Shown here: positions 30,001-42,114 of the stretch, in pieces
Numbering within the stretch: the first letter of the stretch is position 1
Layout: each line of letters opens with the position of its first letter
Source: Eledone cirrhosa
Lineage: Eukaryota
Direction of reading: 5' to 3'
Length of the DNA: 64,000 nucleotides
NCBI GenBank assembly: GCA_964016885.1
Contig: OZ024741.1
Span: forward strand, 278,442,001-278,506,000
Notes under the pieces: model-generated
Database searches by the model: none
Told to the model about the DNA's origin: nothing
The model's input: the letters and a program-made list of their open reading frames with translations, nothing else
Position numbers and translations under genes: made by a program

Positions 30001-33000
30001 GGTTTTCATAGTGTTTGTGGTGTATTGATGTTTGTATGTAGTGCCTGGGGTTTTCATAGTGTTTGTGGTGTATTGATGTTTGAGTGTGGTGCTTGGGGTT
30101 TACATAGTGTTTGTGATGTATTGATGTTTGAGTGTGGTGCTTGGGGTTTTCATATTGTCTGTGGTGTATTGATGTTTGAGTGTGGTGCCTGGGGTTTTCA
30201 TAGTGTTTGTGGTGTATTTATGTTTGAGTGTGGTGCCTGGGGTTTTCAGTGTTTGTGGTGTATTGATGTTTGTATGTAGTGCCTGGGGTTTTCATAGTGT
30301 TTGTGGTGTATTGATGTTTGTATGTAGTGCCTGGGGTTTTCATAGTGTTTGTGGTGTATTGATGTTTGAGTGTGGTGCCTGGGGTTTACATGGTGTTTGT
30401 GATGTATTGATGTTTGTATGTAGTGCCTGGGGTTTTCATAGTGTTTGTGGTGTATTGATGTTTGAGTGTAGTGCCTGGGGTTTACATGGTGTTTGTGATG
30501 TATTGATGTTTGTATGTAGTGCCTGGGGTTTTCATAGTGTTTGTGGTGTATTGATGTTTGAGTGTGGTGCCTGGGGTTTTCATAGTGTTTGTGGTGTATT
30601 GATGTTTGAGTGTGGTGCCTGGGGTTTTCATAGTGTTTGTGGTGTACTGATGTTTGAGTGTGGTGCCTGGGGTTTTCATAGTGTTTGTAGTGTAGTGATG
30701 TGTGAGTGTGGTGCCTGGGGTTTTCACAGTGTTTGTGGTATACTGATGTTTGAGTGTGGTGCCTGGGGTTTTCATAGTGTTTGTGGTGTACTGATGTGTG
30801 AGTGTGGTGCCTGGGGTTTTCATAGTGTTTGTGGTGTATTGATGTTTGAGTGTGGTGCCTGGGGTTTTCATAGTGTTTGTGGTGTACTGATATTTGTATT
30901 TAGTGCCTGGGGTTTTCATAGTGTTTGTGGTGTACTGATGTTTGTATGTAGTGCCTGGGGTTTTCATAGTGTTTGTGGTGTATTAATGTTTGAGTGTGGT
31001 GCCTGTGGTTTTCACAGTGTTTGTGGTGTATTGATCTTTGTATGTAGTGCCTGGGATTTTCATAGTGTTTGTGGTGTATTGATGTTTGAGTGTGGTGGCT
31101 GGGGTTTTCATAGTGTTTGTGGTGTACTGATGTTTGTATGTAGTGCCTGGGTCTTTCATAGTGTTTGTGGTGTATTGATGTTTGAGTGTGGTGCCTGGGG
31201 TTTTCATAGTGTTTGTGGTGTACTGATGTTTGTATGTAGTGCCTGGGGTTTTCATAGTGTTTGTGGTGTATTAATGCTTGAGTGTGGTGCCTGTGGTTTT
31301 CACAGTGTTTGTGGTGTATTGATCTTTGTATGTAGTGCCTGGGGTTTTCATAGTGTTTGTGGTGTATTGATGTTTGAGTGTGGTGCCTGGGGTTTTCATA
31401 GTGTTTGTGGTGTATTGATGTTTGAGTGTGGTGCCTGGGGTTTTCATAGTGTTTGTGGTGTATTGATGTTTGTATGTAGTTCCTGGGGTTTTCATAGTGT
31501 TTGTGGTGTACTGATGTTTGTATGTAGTGCCTGGGGTTTTCACAGTGTTTGTGGTGTATTGATGTTTGAGTGTGGTGCCTGGGGTTTTCATAGTGTTTGT
31601 GGTGTACTGATGTTTGAGTGTGATGCCTGTGGTTTTCATAGTGTTTGTGGTGTATTGATGTTTGTATGTAGTGCCTGGGGTTTTCATAGTGTTTGTGGTG
31701 TACTAATGTTTGTATGTAGTGCCTGGGGTTTTCATAGTGTTTGTGGTGTACTGATGTTTGAGTGTGGTGCCTGGGGTTTTCATAGTGTTTGTGGTGTATT
31801 GATGTTTGAGTTTGGTGCCTATGGTTTTCACAGTGTTTGTGGTGTACTGATGTTTGTATGTAGTGCCTGGGGTTTTCATAGTGTTTGTGGTGTATTGATG
31901 TTTGTATGTAGTGCCTGGGGTTTTCATAGTGTTTGTGGTGTATTGATGTTTGAGTGTGGTGCTTGGGTTTTACATAGTGTTTGTGATGTATTGATGTTTG
32001 AGTGTGGTGCCTGGGGTTTTCATAGTGTATGTGGTGTACTGATGTTTGAGTGTGGTGCCTGGGGTTTTCATAGTGTTTGTGGTGCATTTATGTTTGAGTG
32101 TGGTGCCTGTGGTTTTCACAGTGTTTGTGGTGTATTGATGTTTGTATGTAGTGCCTGGGGTTTTCATAGTGTTTGTGGTGTACTGATGTTTGTGTGTGGT
32201 GCCTGGGGTTTTCATAGTGTTTGTGGTGTATTGATGTTTGTATGTAGTGCCTGGGGTTTTCATAGTGTTTGTGGTGTACTGATGTTTGAGTGTGGTGCCT
32301 GGGGTTTTCATAGTGTTTGTGGTGTACTGATGTTTGAGTGTGGTGCCTGGGATTTTCATAGTGTTTGTGGTGTATTGATGTTTGTATGTAGTGCCTGGGG
32401 TATTCATAGTGTTTGTGGTGTACTGATGTTTGAGTGTGGTGCCTGGGGTTTTCATAGTGTTTGTGGTGTATTGATGTTTGAGTGTGGTGCCTGGGGTTTT
32501 CATAGTGTTTGTGGTGTATTGATGTTTGTATGTAGTGCCTGGGGTTTTCATAGTGTTTGTGGTGTACTGATGTTTGTATGTAGTGCCTGGGGTTTTCACA
32601 GTGTTTGTGGTGTATTGATGTTTGAGTGTGGTGCCTGGGGTTTTCATAGTGTTTGTGGTGTACTGATGTTTGAGTGTGATGCCTGTGGTTTTCATAGTGT
32701 TTGTGGTGTATTGATGTTTGTATGTAGTGCCTGGGGTTTTCATAGTGTTTGTGGTGTACTAATGTTTGTATGTAGTGCCTGGGGTTTTCATAGTGTTTGT
32801 GGTGTACTGATGTTTGAGTGTGGTGCCTGGGGTTTTCATAGTGTTTGTGGTGTATTGATGTTTGAGTTTGGTGCCTATGGTTTTCACAGTGTTTGTGGTG
32901 TACTGATGTTTGTATGTAGTGCCTGGGGTTTTCATAGTGTTTGTGGTGTATTGATGTTTGTATGTAGTGCCTGGGGTTTTCATAGTGTTTGTGGTGTATT

Positions 33001-36000
33001 GATGTTTGAGTGTGGTGCTTGGGTTTTACATAGTGTTTGTGATGTATTGATGTTTGAGTGTGGTGCCTGGGGTTTTCATAGTGTATGTGGTGTACTGATG
33101 TTTGAGTGTGGTGCCTGGGGTTTTCATAGTGTTTGTGGTGCATTTATGTTTGAGTGTGGTGCCTGTGGTTTTCACAGTGTTTGTGGTGTATTGATGTTTG
33201 TATGTAGTGCCTGGGGTTTTCATAGTGTTTGTGGTGTACTGATGTTTGTGTGTGGTGCCTGGGGTTTTCATAGTGTTTGTGGTGTATTGATGTTTGTATG
33301 TAGTGCCTGGGGTTTTCATAGTGTTTGTGGTGTACTGATGTTTGAGTGTGGTGCCTGGGGTTTTCATAGTGTTTGTGGTGTACTGATGTTTGCGTGTGGT
33401 GCCTGGGATTTTCATAGTGTTTGTGGTGTATTGATGTTTGTATGTAGTGCCTGGGGTATTCATAGTGTTTGTGGTGTACTGATGTGTGAGTGTGGTGCCT
33501 GGGGTTTTCACAGTGTTTGTGGTGTATTGATGTTTGAGTGTGGTGCCTGGAGTTTTTATAGTGTTTGTGGTGTATTTTTGAGTGTGGTGCCTGGGGTTTT
33601 CATAGTGTTTGTGGTGTATTGATGTTTGTATGTAGTGCCTGGGGTTTTCATAGTGTTTGTCGTGTATTGATGTTTGAGTGTGGTGCTTGGGGTTTACATA
33701 GTGTTTGTGGTGTATTTATGTTTGAGTGTGGTGCTTGGGGTTTTCATAGAGTTTGTGGTGTATTTATGTTTGAGTGTGGTGCCTGGTGTTTTGACAGTGT
33801 TTGTGGTGTACTGATGTTTGAGTGTGGTGCCTGGGGTTTTCATAGTGTTTGTGGTGTACTGATGTTTGCATGTAGTGCCTGTGGTTTTCATAGTGTTTGT
33901 GGTGTATTGATGTTTGAGTGTGGTGCCTGGGGTTTTCATAGTGTTTGTGGTGTATTGATGTTTGAGTGTGGTGCCTGTGGTTTTCATAGTGTTTGTGGTG
34001 TATTGATGTTTGAGTTTGGTGCCAATGGTTTTCATAGTGTTTGTGGTGTACTGATGTTTGTATGTAGTGCCTGTGGTTTTCATAGTGTTTGTGGTGTACT
34101 GATGTTTGTATGTAGTGCCTGTGGTTTTCATAGTGTTTGTGGTGTATTGATGTTTGAGTGTGGTGCCTGGGGTTTTCATAGTGTTTGTGGTGCATTTATG
34201 TTTGAGTGTGGTGCCTGGGGTTTTCATAGTGTTTGTGGTGTATTGATGTTTGAGTGTGGTGCCTGGGGTTTTCATATTGTTTGTGGTGCATTTATGTTTG
34301 AGTGTGGTGCCTGTGGTTTTCACAGTGTTTGTGGTGTATTGATGTTTGTATGTAGTGCCTGGGGCTTTCATAGTGTTTGTGGTGTATTGATGTTTGAGTA
34401 TGGTGCCTGGGGTTTTCATAGCGTTTGTGGAGTACTGATGTTTGTATGTAGTGCCTGGGGTTTTCATAGTGTTTGTGGTGTACTAATGTTTGTATGTAGT
34501 GCCTGGGGTTTTCATAGTGTTTGTGGTGTACTGATGTTTGAGTGTGGTGCCTGGGGTTTTCATAGTGTTTGTGGTGTATTGATGTTTGAGTGTGGTGCCT
34601 GGGGTTTTCATAGTGTTTGTGGTGTACTGATGTTTGTATGTAGTGCCTGGGGTTTTCATAGTGTTTGTGGTGTACTGATGTTTGAGTGTGGTGCCTGGGG
34701 TTTTCATAGTGTTTGTGGTGTATTGATGTTTGAGTTTGGTGCCTATGGTTTTCACAGTGTTTGTGGTGTACTGATGTTTGTATGTAGTGCCTGGGGTTTT
34801 CATAGTGTTTGTGGTGTATTGATGTTTGTATGTAGTGCCTGGGGTTTTCATAGTGTTTTTGGTGTATTGATGTTTGAGTGTGGTGCTTGGGTTTTACATA
34901 GTGTTTGTGATGTATTGATGTTTGAGTGTGGTGCCTGGGGTTTTCATAGTGTTTGTGGTGTACTGATGTTTGAGTGTGGTGCCTGGGGTTTTCATAGTGT
35001 TTGTGGTGCATTTATGTTTGAGTGTGGTGCCTGTGGTTTTCACAGTGTTTGTGGTGTATTGATGTTTGTATGTAGTGCCTGGGGTTTTCATAGTGTTTGT
35101 GGTGTACTGATGTTTGTGTGTGGTGCCTGGGGTTTTCATAGTGTTTGTGGTGTATTGATGTTTGTATGTAGTGCCTGGGGTTTTCATAGTGTTTGTGGTG
35201 TACTGATGTTTGAGTGTGGTGCCTGGGGTTTTCATAGTGTTTGTGGTGTACTGATGTTTGAGTGTGGTGCCTGGGATTTTCATAGTGTTTGTGGTGTATT
35301 GATGTTTGTATGTAGTGCCTGGGGTATTCATAGTGTTTGTGGTGTACTGATGTGTGAGTGTGGTGCCTGGGGTTTTCACAGTGTTTGTGGTGTATTGATG
35401 TTTGAGTGTGGTGCCTCGAGTTTTTATAGTGTTTGTGGTGTATTTTTGAGTGTGGTGCCTGGGGTTTTCATAGTGTTTGTGGTGTATTGATGTTTGTATG
35501 TAGTGCCTGGGGTTTTCATAGTGTTTGTCGTGTATTGATGTTTGAGTGTGGTGCTTGGGGTTTACATAGTGTTTGTGGTGTATTTATGTTTGAGTGTGGT
35601 GCTTGGGGTTTTCATAGAGTTTGTGGTGTATTTATGTTTGAGTGTGGTGCCTGGTGTTTTGACAGTGTTTGTGGTGTACTGATGTTTGAGTGTGGTGCCT
35701 GGGGTTTTCATAGTGTTTGTGGTGTACTGATGTTTGCATGTAGTGCCTGTGGTTTTCATAGTGTTTGTGGTGTATTGATGTTTGAGTGTGGTGCCTGGGG
35801 TTTTCATAGTGTTTGTGGTGTATTGATGTTTGAGTGTGGTGCCTGTGGTTTTCATAGTGTTTGTGGTGTATTGATGTTTGAGTTTGGTGCCAATGGTTTT
35901 CATAGTGTTTGTGGTGTACTGATGTTTGTATGTAGTGCCTGTGGTTTTCATAGTGTTTGTGGTGTACTGATGTTTGTATGTAGTGCCTGTGGTTTTCATA

Positions 36001-39000
36001 GTGTTTGTGGTGTATTGATGTTTGAGTGTGGTGCCTGGGGTTTTCATAGTGTTTGTGGTGCATTTATGTTTGAGTGTGGTGCCTGGGGTTTTCATAGTGT
36101 TTGTGGTGTATTGATGTTTGAGTGTGGTGCCTGGGGTTTTCATATTGTTTGTGGTGCATTTATGTTTGAGTGTGGTGCCTGTGGTTTTCACAGTGTTTGT
36201 GGTGTATTGATGTTTGTATGTAGTGCCTGGGGCTTTCATAGTGTTTGTGGTGTATTGATGTTTGAGTATGGTGCCTGGGGTTTTCATAGCGTTTGTGGAG
36301 TACTGATGTTTGTATGTAGTGCCTGGGGTTTTCATAGTGTTTGTGGTGTACTAATGTTTGTATGTAGTGCCTGGGGTTTTCATAGTGTTTGTGGTGTACT
36401 GATGTTTGAGTGTGGTGCCTGGGGTTTTCATAGTGTTTGTGGTGTATTGATGTTTGAGTGTGGTGCCTGGGGTTTTCATAGTGTTTGTGGTGTACTGATG
36501 TTTGTATGTAGTGCCTGGGGTTTTCATAGTGTTTGTGGTGTATTGATGTTTGTATGTAGTGCCTGGGGTTTTCATAGTGTTTGTGGTGTATTGATGTTTG
36601 AGTGTGGTGCTTGGGTTTTACATAGTGTTTGTGATGTATTGATGTTTGAGTGTGGTGCCTGGGGTTTTCATAGTGTTTGTGGTGTACTGATGTTTGAGTG
36701 TGGTGCCTGGGGTTTTCATAGTGTTTGTGGTGCATTTATGTTTGAGTGTGGTGCCTGTGGTTTTCACAGTGTTTGTGGTGTATTGATGTTTGTATGTAGT
36801 GCCTGGGGCTTTCATAGTGTTTGTGGTGTACTGGTGTTTGAGTGTGGTGCCTGGGGTTTTCATAGTGTTTGTGGTGTATTGATGTTTGAGTGTGGTGCTT
36901 GGGGTTTTCATAGTGTTTGTGGTGTACTGATGTTTGTATGTATTGCCTGTGGTTTTCATAGTGTTTGTAGTGTACTGATGTTTGTGTGTGGTGCCTGGGG
37001 TTTTCATAGTGTTTGTGGTGTATTGATGTTTGTATGTAGTGCCTGGGGTTTTCATAGTGTTTGTGGTGTACTGATGTTTGAGTGTGGTGCCTGGGGTTTT
37101 CATAGTGTTTGTGGTGTACTGATGTTTGAGTGTGGTGCCTGGGATTTTCATAGTGTTTGTGGTGTATTGATGTTTGTATGTAGTGCCTGGGGTATTCATA
37201 GTGTTTGTGGTGTACTGATGTGTGAGTGTGGTGCCTGGGGTTTTCACAGTGTTTGTGGTGTATTGATGTTTGAGTGTGGTGCCTGGAGTTTTTATAGTGT
37301 TTGTGGTGTATTTTTGAGTGTGGTGCCTGGGGTTTTCATAGTGTTTGTGGTGTATTGATGTTTGTATGTAGTGCCTGGGGTTTTCATAGTGTTTGTCGTG
37401 TATTGATGTTTGAGTGTGGTGCTTGGGGTTTACATAGTGTTTGTGGTGTATTTATGTTTGAGTGTGGTGCTTGGGGTTTTCATAGAGTTTGTGGTGTATT
37501 TATGTTTGAGTGTGGTGCCTGGTGTTTTGACAGTGTTTGTGGTGTACTGATGTTTGAGTGTGGTGCCTGGGGTTTTCATAGTGTTTGTGGTGTACTGATG
37601 TTTGTATGTAGTGCCTGTGGTTTTCATAGTGTTTGTGGTGTATTGATGTTTGAGTGTGGTGCCTGGGGTTTTCATAGTGTTTGTGGTGTATTGATGTTTG
37701 TATGTAGTGCCTGGGGTTTTCATATTGTTTGTGGTGCATTTATGTTTGAGTGTGGTGCCTGTGGTTTTCACAGTGTTTGTGGTGTATTGATGTTTGTATG
37801 TAGTGCCTGGGGCTTTCATAGTGTTTGTGGTGTATTGATGTTTGAGTATGGTGCCTGGGGTTTTCATAGCGTTTGTGGAGTACTGATGTTTGTATGTAGT
37901 GCCTGGGGTTTTCATAGTGTTTGTGGTGTACTAATGTTTGTATGTAGTGCCTGGGGTTTTCATAGTGTTTGTGGTGTACTGATGTTTGAGTGTGGTGCCT
38001 GGGGTTTTCATAGTGTTTGTGGTGTATTGATGTTTGAGTGTGGTGCCTGGGGTTTTCATAGTGTTTGTGGTGTACTGATGTTTGTATGTAGTGCCTGGGG
38101 TTTTCATAGTGTTTGTGGTGTACTGATGTTTGAGTGTGGTGCCTGGGGTTTTCATAGTGTTTGTGGTGTATTGATGTTTGAGTTTGGTGCCTATGGTTTT
38201 CACAGTGTTTGTGGTGTACTGATGTTTGTATGTAGTGCCTGGGGTTTTCATAGTGTTTGTGGTGTATTGATGTTTGTATGTAGTGCCTGGGGTTTTCATA
38301 GTGTTTGTGGTGTATTGATGTTTGAGTGTGGTGCTTGGGTTTTACATAGTGTTTGTGATGTATTGATGTTTGAGTGTGGTGCCTGGGGTTTTCATAGTGT
38401 TTGTGGTGTACTGATGTTTGAGTGTGGTGCCTGGGGTTTTCATAGTGTTTGTGGTGCATTTATGTTTGAGTGTGGTGCCTGTGGTTTTCACAGTGTTTGT
38501 GGTGTATTGATGTTTGTATGTAGTGCCTGGGGTTTTCATAGTGTTTGTGGTGTACTGATGTTTGTGTGTGGTGCCTGGGGTTTTCATAGTGTTTGTGGTG
38601 TATTGATGTTTGTATGTAGTGCCTGGGGTTTTCATAGTGTTTGTGGTGTACTGATGTTTGAGTGTGGTGCCTGGGGTTTTCATAGTGTTTGTGGTGTACT
38701 GATGTTTGAGTGTGGTGCCTGGGATTTTCATAGTGTTTGTGGTGTATTGATGTTTGTATGTAGTGCCTGGGGTATTCATAGTGTTTGTGGTGTACTGATG
38801 TGTGAGTGTGGTGCCTGGGGTTTTCACAGTGTTTGTGGTGTATTGATGTTTGAGTGTGGTGCCTGGAGTTTTTATAGTGTTTGTGGTGTATTTTTGAGTG
38901 TGGTGCCTGGGGTTTTCATAGTGTTTGTGGTGTATTGATGTTTGTATGTAGTGCCTGGGGTTTTCATAGTGTTTGTCGTGTATTGATGTTTGAGTGTGGT

Positions 39001-42000
39001 GCTTGGGGTTTACATAGTGTTTGTGGTGTATTTATGTTTGAGTGTGGTGCTTGGGGTTTTCATAGAGTTTGTGGTGTATTTATTTGAGTGTGGTGCCTGG
39101 TGTTTTGACAGTGTTTGTGGTGTACTGATGTTTGAGTGTGGTGCCTGGGGTTTTCATAGTGTTTGTGGTGTACTGATGTTTGCATGTAGTGCCTGTGGTT
39201 TTCATAGTGTTTGTGGTGTATTGATGTTTGAGTGTGGTGCCTGGGGTTTTCATAGTGTTTGTGGTGTATTGATGTTTGAGTGTGGTGCCTGTGGTTTTCA
39301 TAGTGTTTGTGGTGTATTGATGTTTGAGTTTGGTGCCAATGGTTTTCATAGTGTTTGTGGTGTACTGATGTTTGTATGTAGTGCCTGTGGTTTTCATAGT
39401 GTTTGTGGTGTACTGATGTTTGTATGTAGTGCCTGTGGTTTTCATAGTGTTTGTGGTGTATTGATGTTTGAGTGTGGTGCCTGGGGTTTTCATAGTGTTT
39501 GTGGTGCATTTATGTTTGAGTGTGGTGCCTGGGGTTTTCATAGTGTTTGTGGTGTATTGATGTTTGAGTGTGGTGCCTGGGGTTTTCATATTGTTTGTGG
39601 TGCATTTATGTTTGAGTGTGGTGCCTGTGGTTTTCACAGTGTTTGTGGTGTATTGACGTTTGTATGTAGTGCCTGGGGCTTTCATAGTGTTTGTGGTGTA
39701 TTGATGTTTGAGTATGGTGCCTGGGGTTTTCATAGCGTTTGTGGAGTACTGATGTTTGTATGTAGTGCCTGGGGTTTTCATAGTGTTTGTGGTGTACTAA
39801 TGTTTGTATGTAGTGCCTGGGGTTTTCATAGTGTTTGTGGTGTACTGATGTTTGAGTGTGGTGCCTGGGGTTTTCATAGTGTTTGTGGTGTATTGATGTT
39901 TGAGTGTGGTGCCTGGGGTTTTCATAGTGTTTGTGGTGTACTGATGTTTGTATGTAGTGCCTGGGGTTTTCATAGTGTTTGTGGTGTATTGATGTTTGTA
40001 TGTAGTGCCTGGGGTTTTCATAGTGTTTGTGGTGTATTGATGTTTGAGTGTGGTGCTTGGGTTTTACATAGTGTTTGTGATGTATTGATGTTTGAGTGTG
40101 GTGCCTGGGGTTTTCATAGTGTTTGTGGTGTACTGATGTTTGAGTGTGGTGCCTGGGGTTTTCATAGTGTTTGTGGTGCATTTATGTTTGAGTGTGGTGC
40201 CTGTGGTTTTCACAGTGTTTGTGGTGTATTGATGTTTGTATGTAGTGCCTGGGGCTTTCATAGTGTTTGTGGTGTACTGGTGTTTGAGTGTGGTGCCTGG
40301 GGTTTTCATAGTGTTTGTGGTGTATTGATGTTTGAGTGTGGTGCTTGGGGTTTTCATAGTGTTTGTGGTGTACTGATGTTTGTATGTATTGCCTGTGGTT
40401 TTCATAGTGTTTGTGGTGTACTGATGTTTGTGTGTGGTGCCTGGGGTTTTCATAGTGTTTGTGGTGTATTGATGTTTGTATGTAGTGCCTGGGGTTTTCA
40501 TAGTGTTTGTGGTGTACTGATGTTTGAGTGTGGTGCCTGGGGTTTTCATAGTGTTTGTGGTGTACTGATGTTTGAGTGTGGTGCCTGGGATTTTCATAGT
40601 GTTTGTGGTGTATTGATGTTTGTATGTAGTGCCTGGGGTATTCATAGTGTTTGTGGTGTACTGATGTGTGAGTGTGGTGCCTGGGGTTTTCACAGTGTTT
40701 GTGGTGTATTGATGTTTGAGTGTGGTGCCTGGAGTTTTTATAGTGTTTGTGGTGTATTTTTGAGTGTGGTGCCTGGGGTTTTCATAGTGTTTGTGGTGTA
40801 TTGATGTTTGTATGTAGTGCCTGGGGTTTTCATAGTGTTTGTCGTGTATTGATGTTTGAGTGTGGTGCTTGGGGTTTACATAGTGTTTGTGGTGTATTTA
40901 TGTTTGAGTGTGGTGCTTGGGGTTTTCATAGAGTTTGTGGTGTATTTATGTTTGAGTGTGGTGCCTGGTGTTTTGACAGTGTTTGTGGTGTACTGATGTT
41001 TGAGTGTGGTGCCTGGGGTTTTCATAGTGTTTGTGGTGTACTGATGTTTGTATGTAGTGCCTGTGGTTTTCATAGTGTTTGTGGTGTATTGATGTTTGAG
41101 TGTGGTGCCTGGGGTTTTCATAGTGTTTGTGGTGTATTGATGTTTGTATGTAGTGCCTGTGGTTTTCATAGTGTTTGTGGTGTATTTATGTTTGAGTGTG
41201 GTGCCTGTGGTTTTCACAGTGTTTGTGGTGTATTGATGTTTGAGTGTGGTGCCTGGGGTTTTCATAGTGTTTGTGGTGCATTTATGTTTGAGTGTGGTGC
41301 CTGGGGTTTTCATAGTGTTTGTGGTGCATTTATGTTTGAGTGTGGTGCCTGGGGTTTTCATAGTGTTTGTGGTGTATTGATGTTTGAGTGTGGTGCCTGG
41401 GGTTTTCATAGTGTTTGTGGTGCATTTATGTTTGAGTGTGGTGCCTGTGGTTTTCACAGTGTTTGTGGTGTATTGATGTTTGTATGTAGTGCCTGGGGCT
41501 TTCATAGTGTTTGTGGTGTATTGATGTTTGAGTATGGTGCCTGGGGTTTTCATAGCGTTTGTGGAGTACTGATGTTTGTATGTAGTGCCTGGGGTTTTCA
41601 TAGTGTTTGTGGTGCTTGGGGTTTACATAGTGTTTGTGATGTATTGATGTTTGAGTGTGGTGCCTGGGGTTTTCATATTGTTTGTGGTGTATTGATGTTT
41701 GAGTGTGGTGCCTGGGGTTTTCATAGTGTTTGTGGTGTATTTATGTTTGAGTGTGGTGCCTGGGGTTTTCATAGTGTTTGTGGTGTATTGATGCTTGAGT
41801 GTGGTGCCTGGGGTTTTCAGTGTTTGTGGTGTATTGATGTTTGAGTGTGGTACCTGGGGTTTTCATAGTGTTTGTGGTGTACTGATGTTTGAGTGTGGTG
41901 CCTGGGGTTTTCATAGTGTTTGTGATGTATTGATGTTTGAGTGTCGTGCCTGGGGTGTTCACAGTGTTTGTGGTATACTGATGCTTGAGTGTGGTGCCTG

Positions 42001-42072
42001 GGCTTTTCACAGTATTTGTGGTGTACTTACGTTTGTATGTAGTGCCTGGGGTTTTCACAGTGTTTGCAGTAT
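1..42072. repeat. 48-bp tandem satellite, about 875 units, continuing past the left window edge. Consensus ATGTTTGAGTGTGGTGCCTGGGGTTTTCATAGTGTTTGTGGTGTATTG, with a major variant carrying GTATGTAGT in place of GAGTGTGGT
   Basis: 48-nt periodicity is directly visible and the ORF track repeats 16-aa units in three frames. Strong G+T strand bias. Units become more divergent at ~41820-42070. Confidence 0.99.
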
Positions 42073-42114
42073 ATGTTGTATCTGTGTGTACTTACTGTTT
42101 TTTTTCTTACTATC

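Noticed and set aside
1-42072. CRISPR array or diversity-generating cassette array
   Set aside because: There are no unique spacers, the units are contiguous near-identical monomers, no cas or associated genes are present, and the context is eukaryotic intron-exon DNA.
1-42072. Telomeric repeat or C2H2 zinc-finger array
   Set aside because: No TTAGGG-type unit is present despite the G/T bias. The FECGACG variant lacks the His pair spacing, the TGEKP linker and the 84-bp period of C2H2 arrays.
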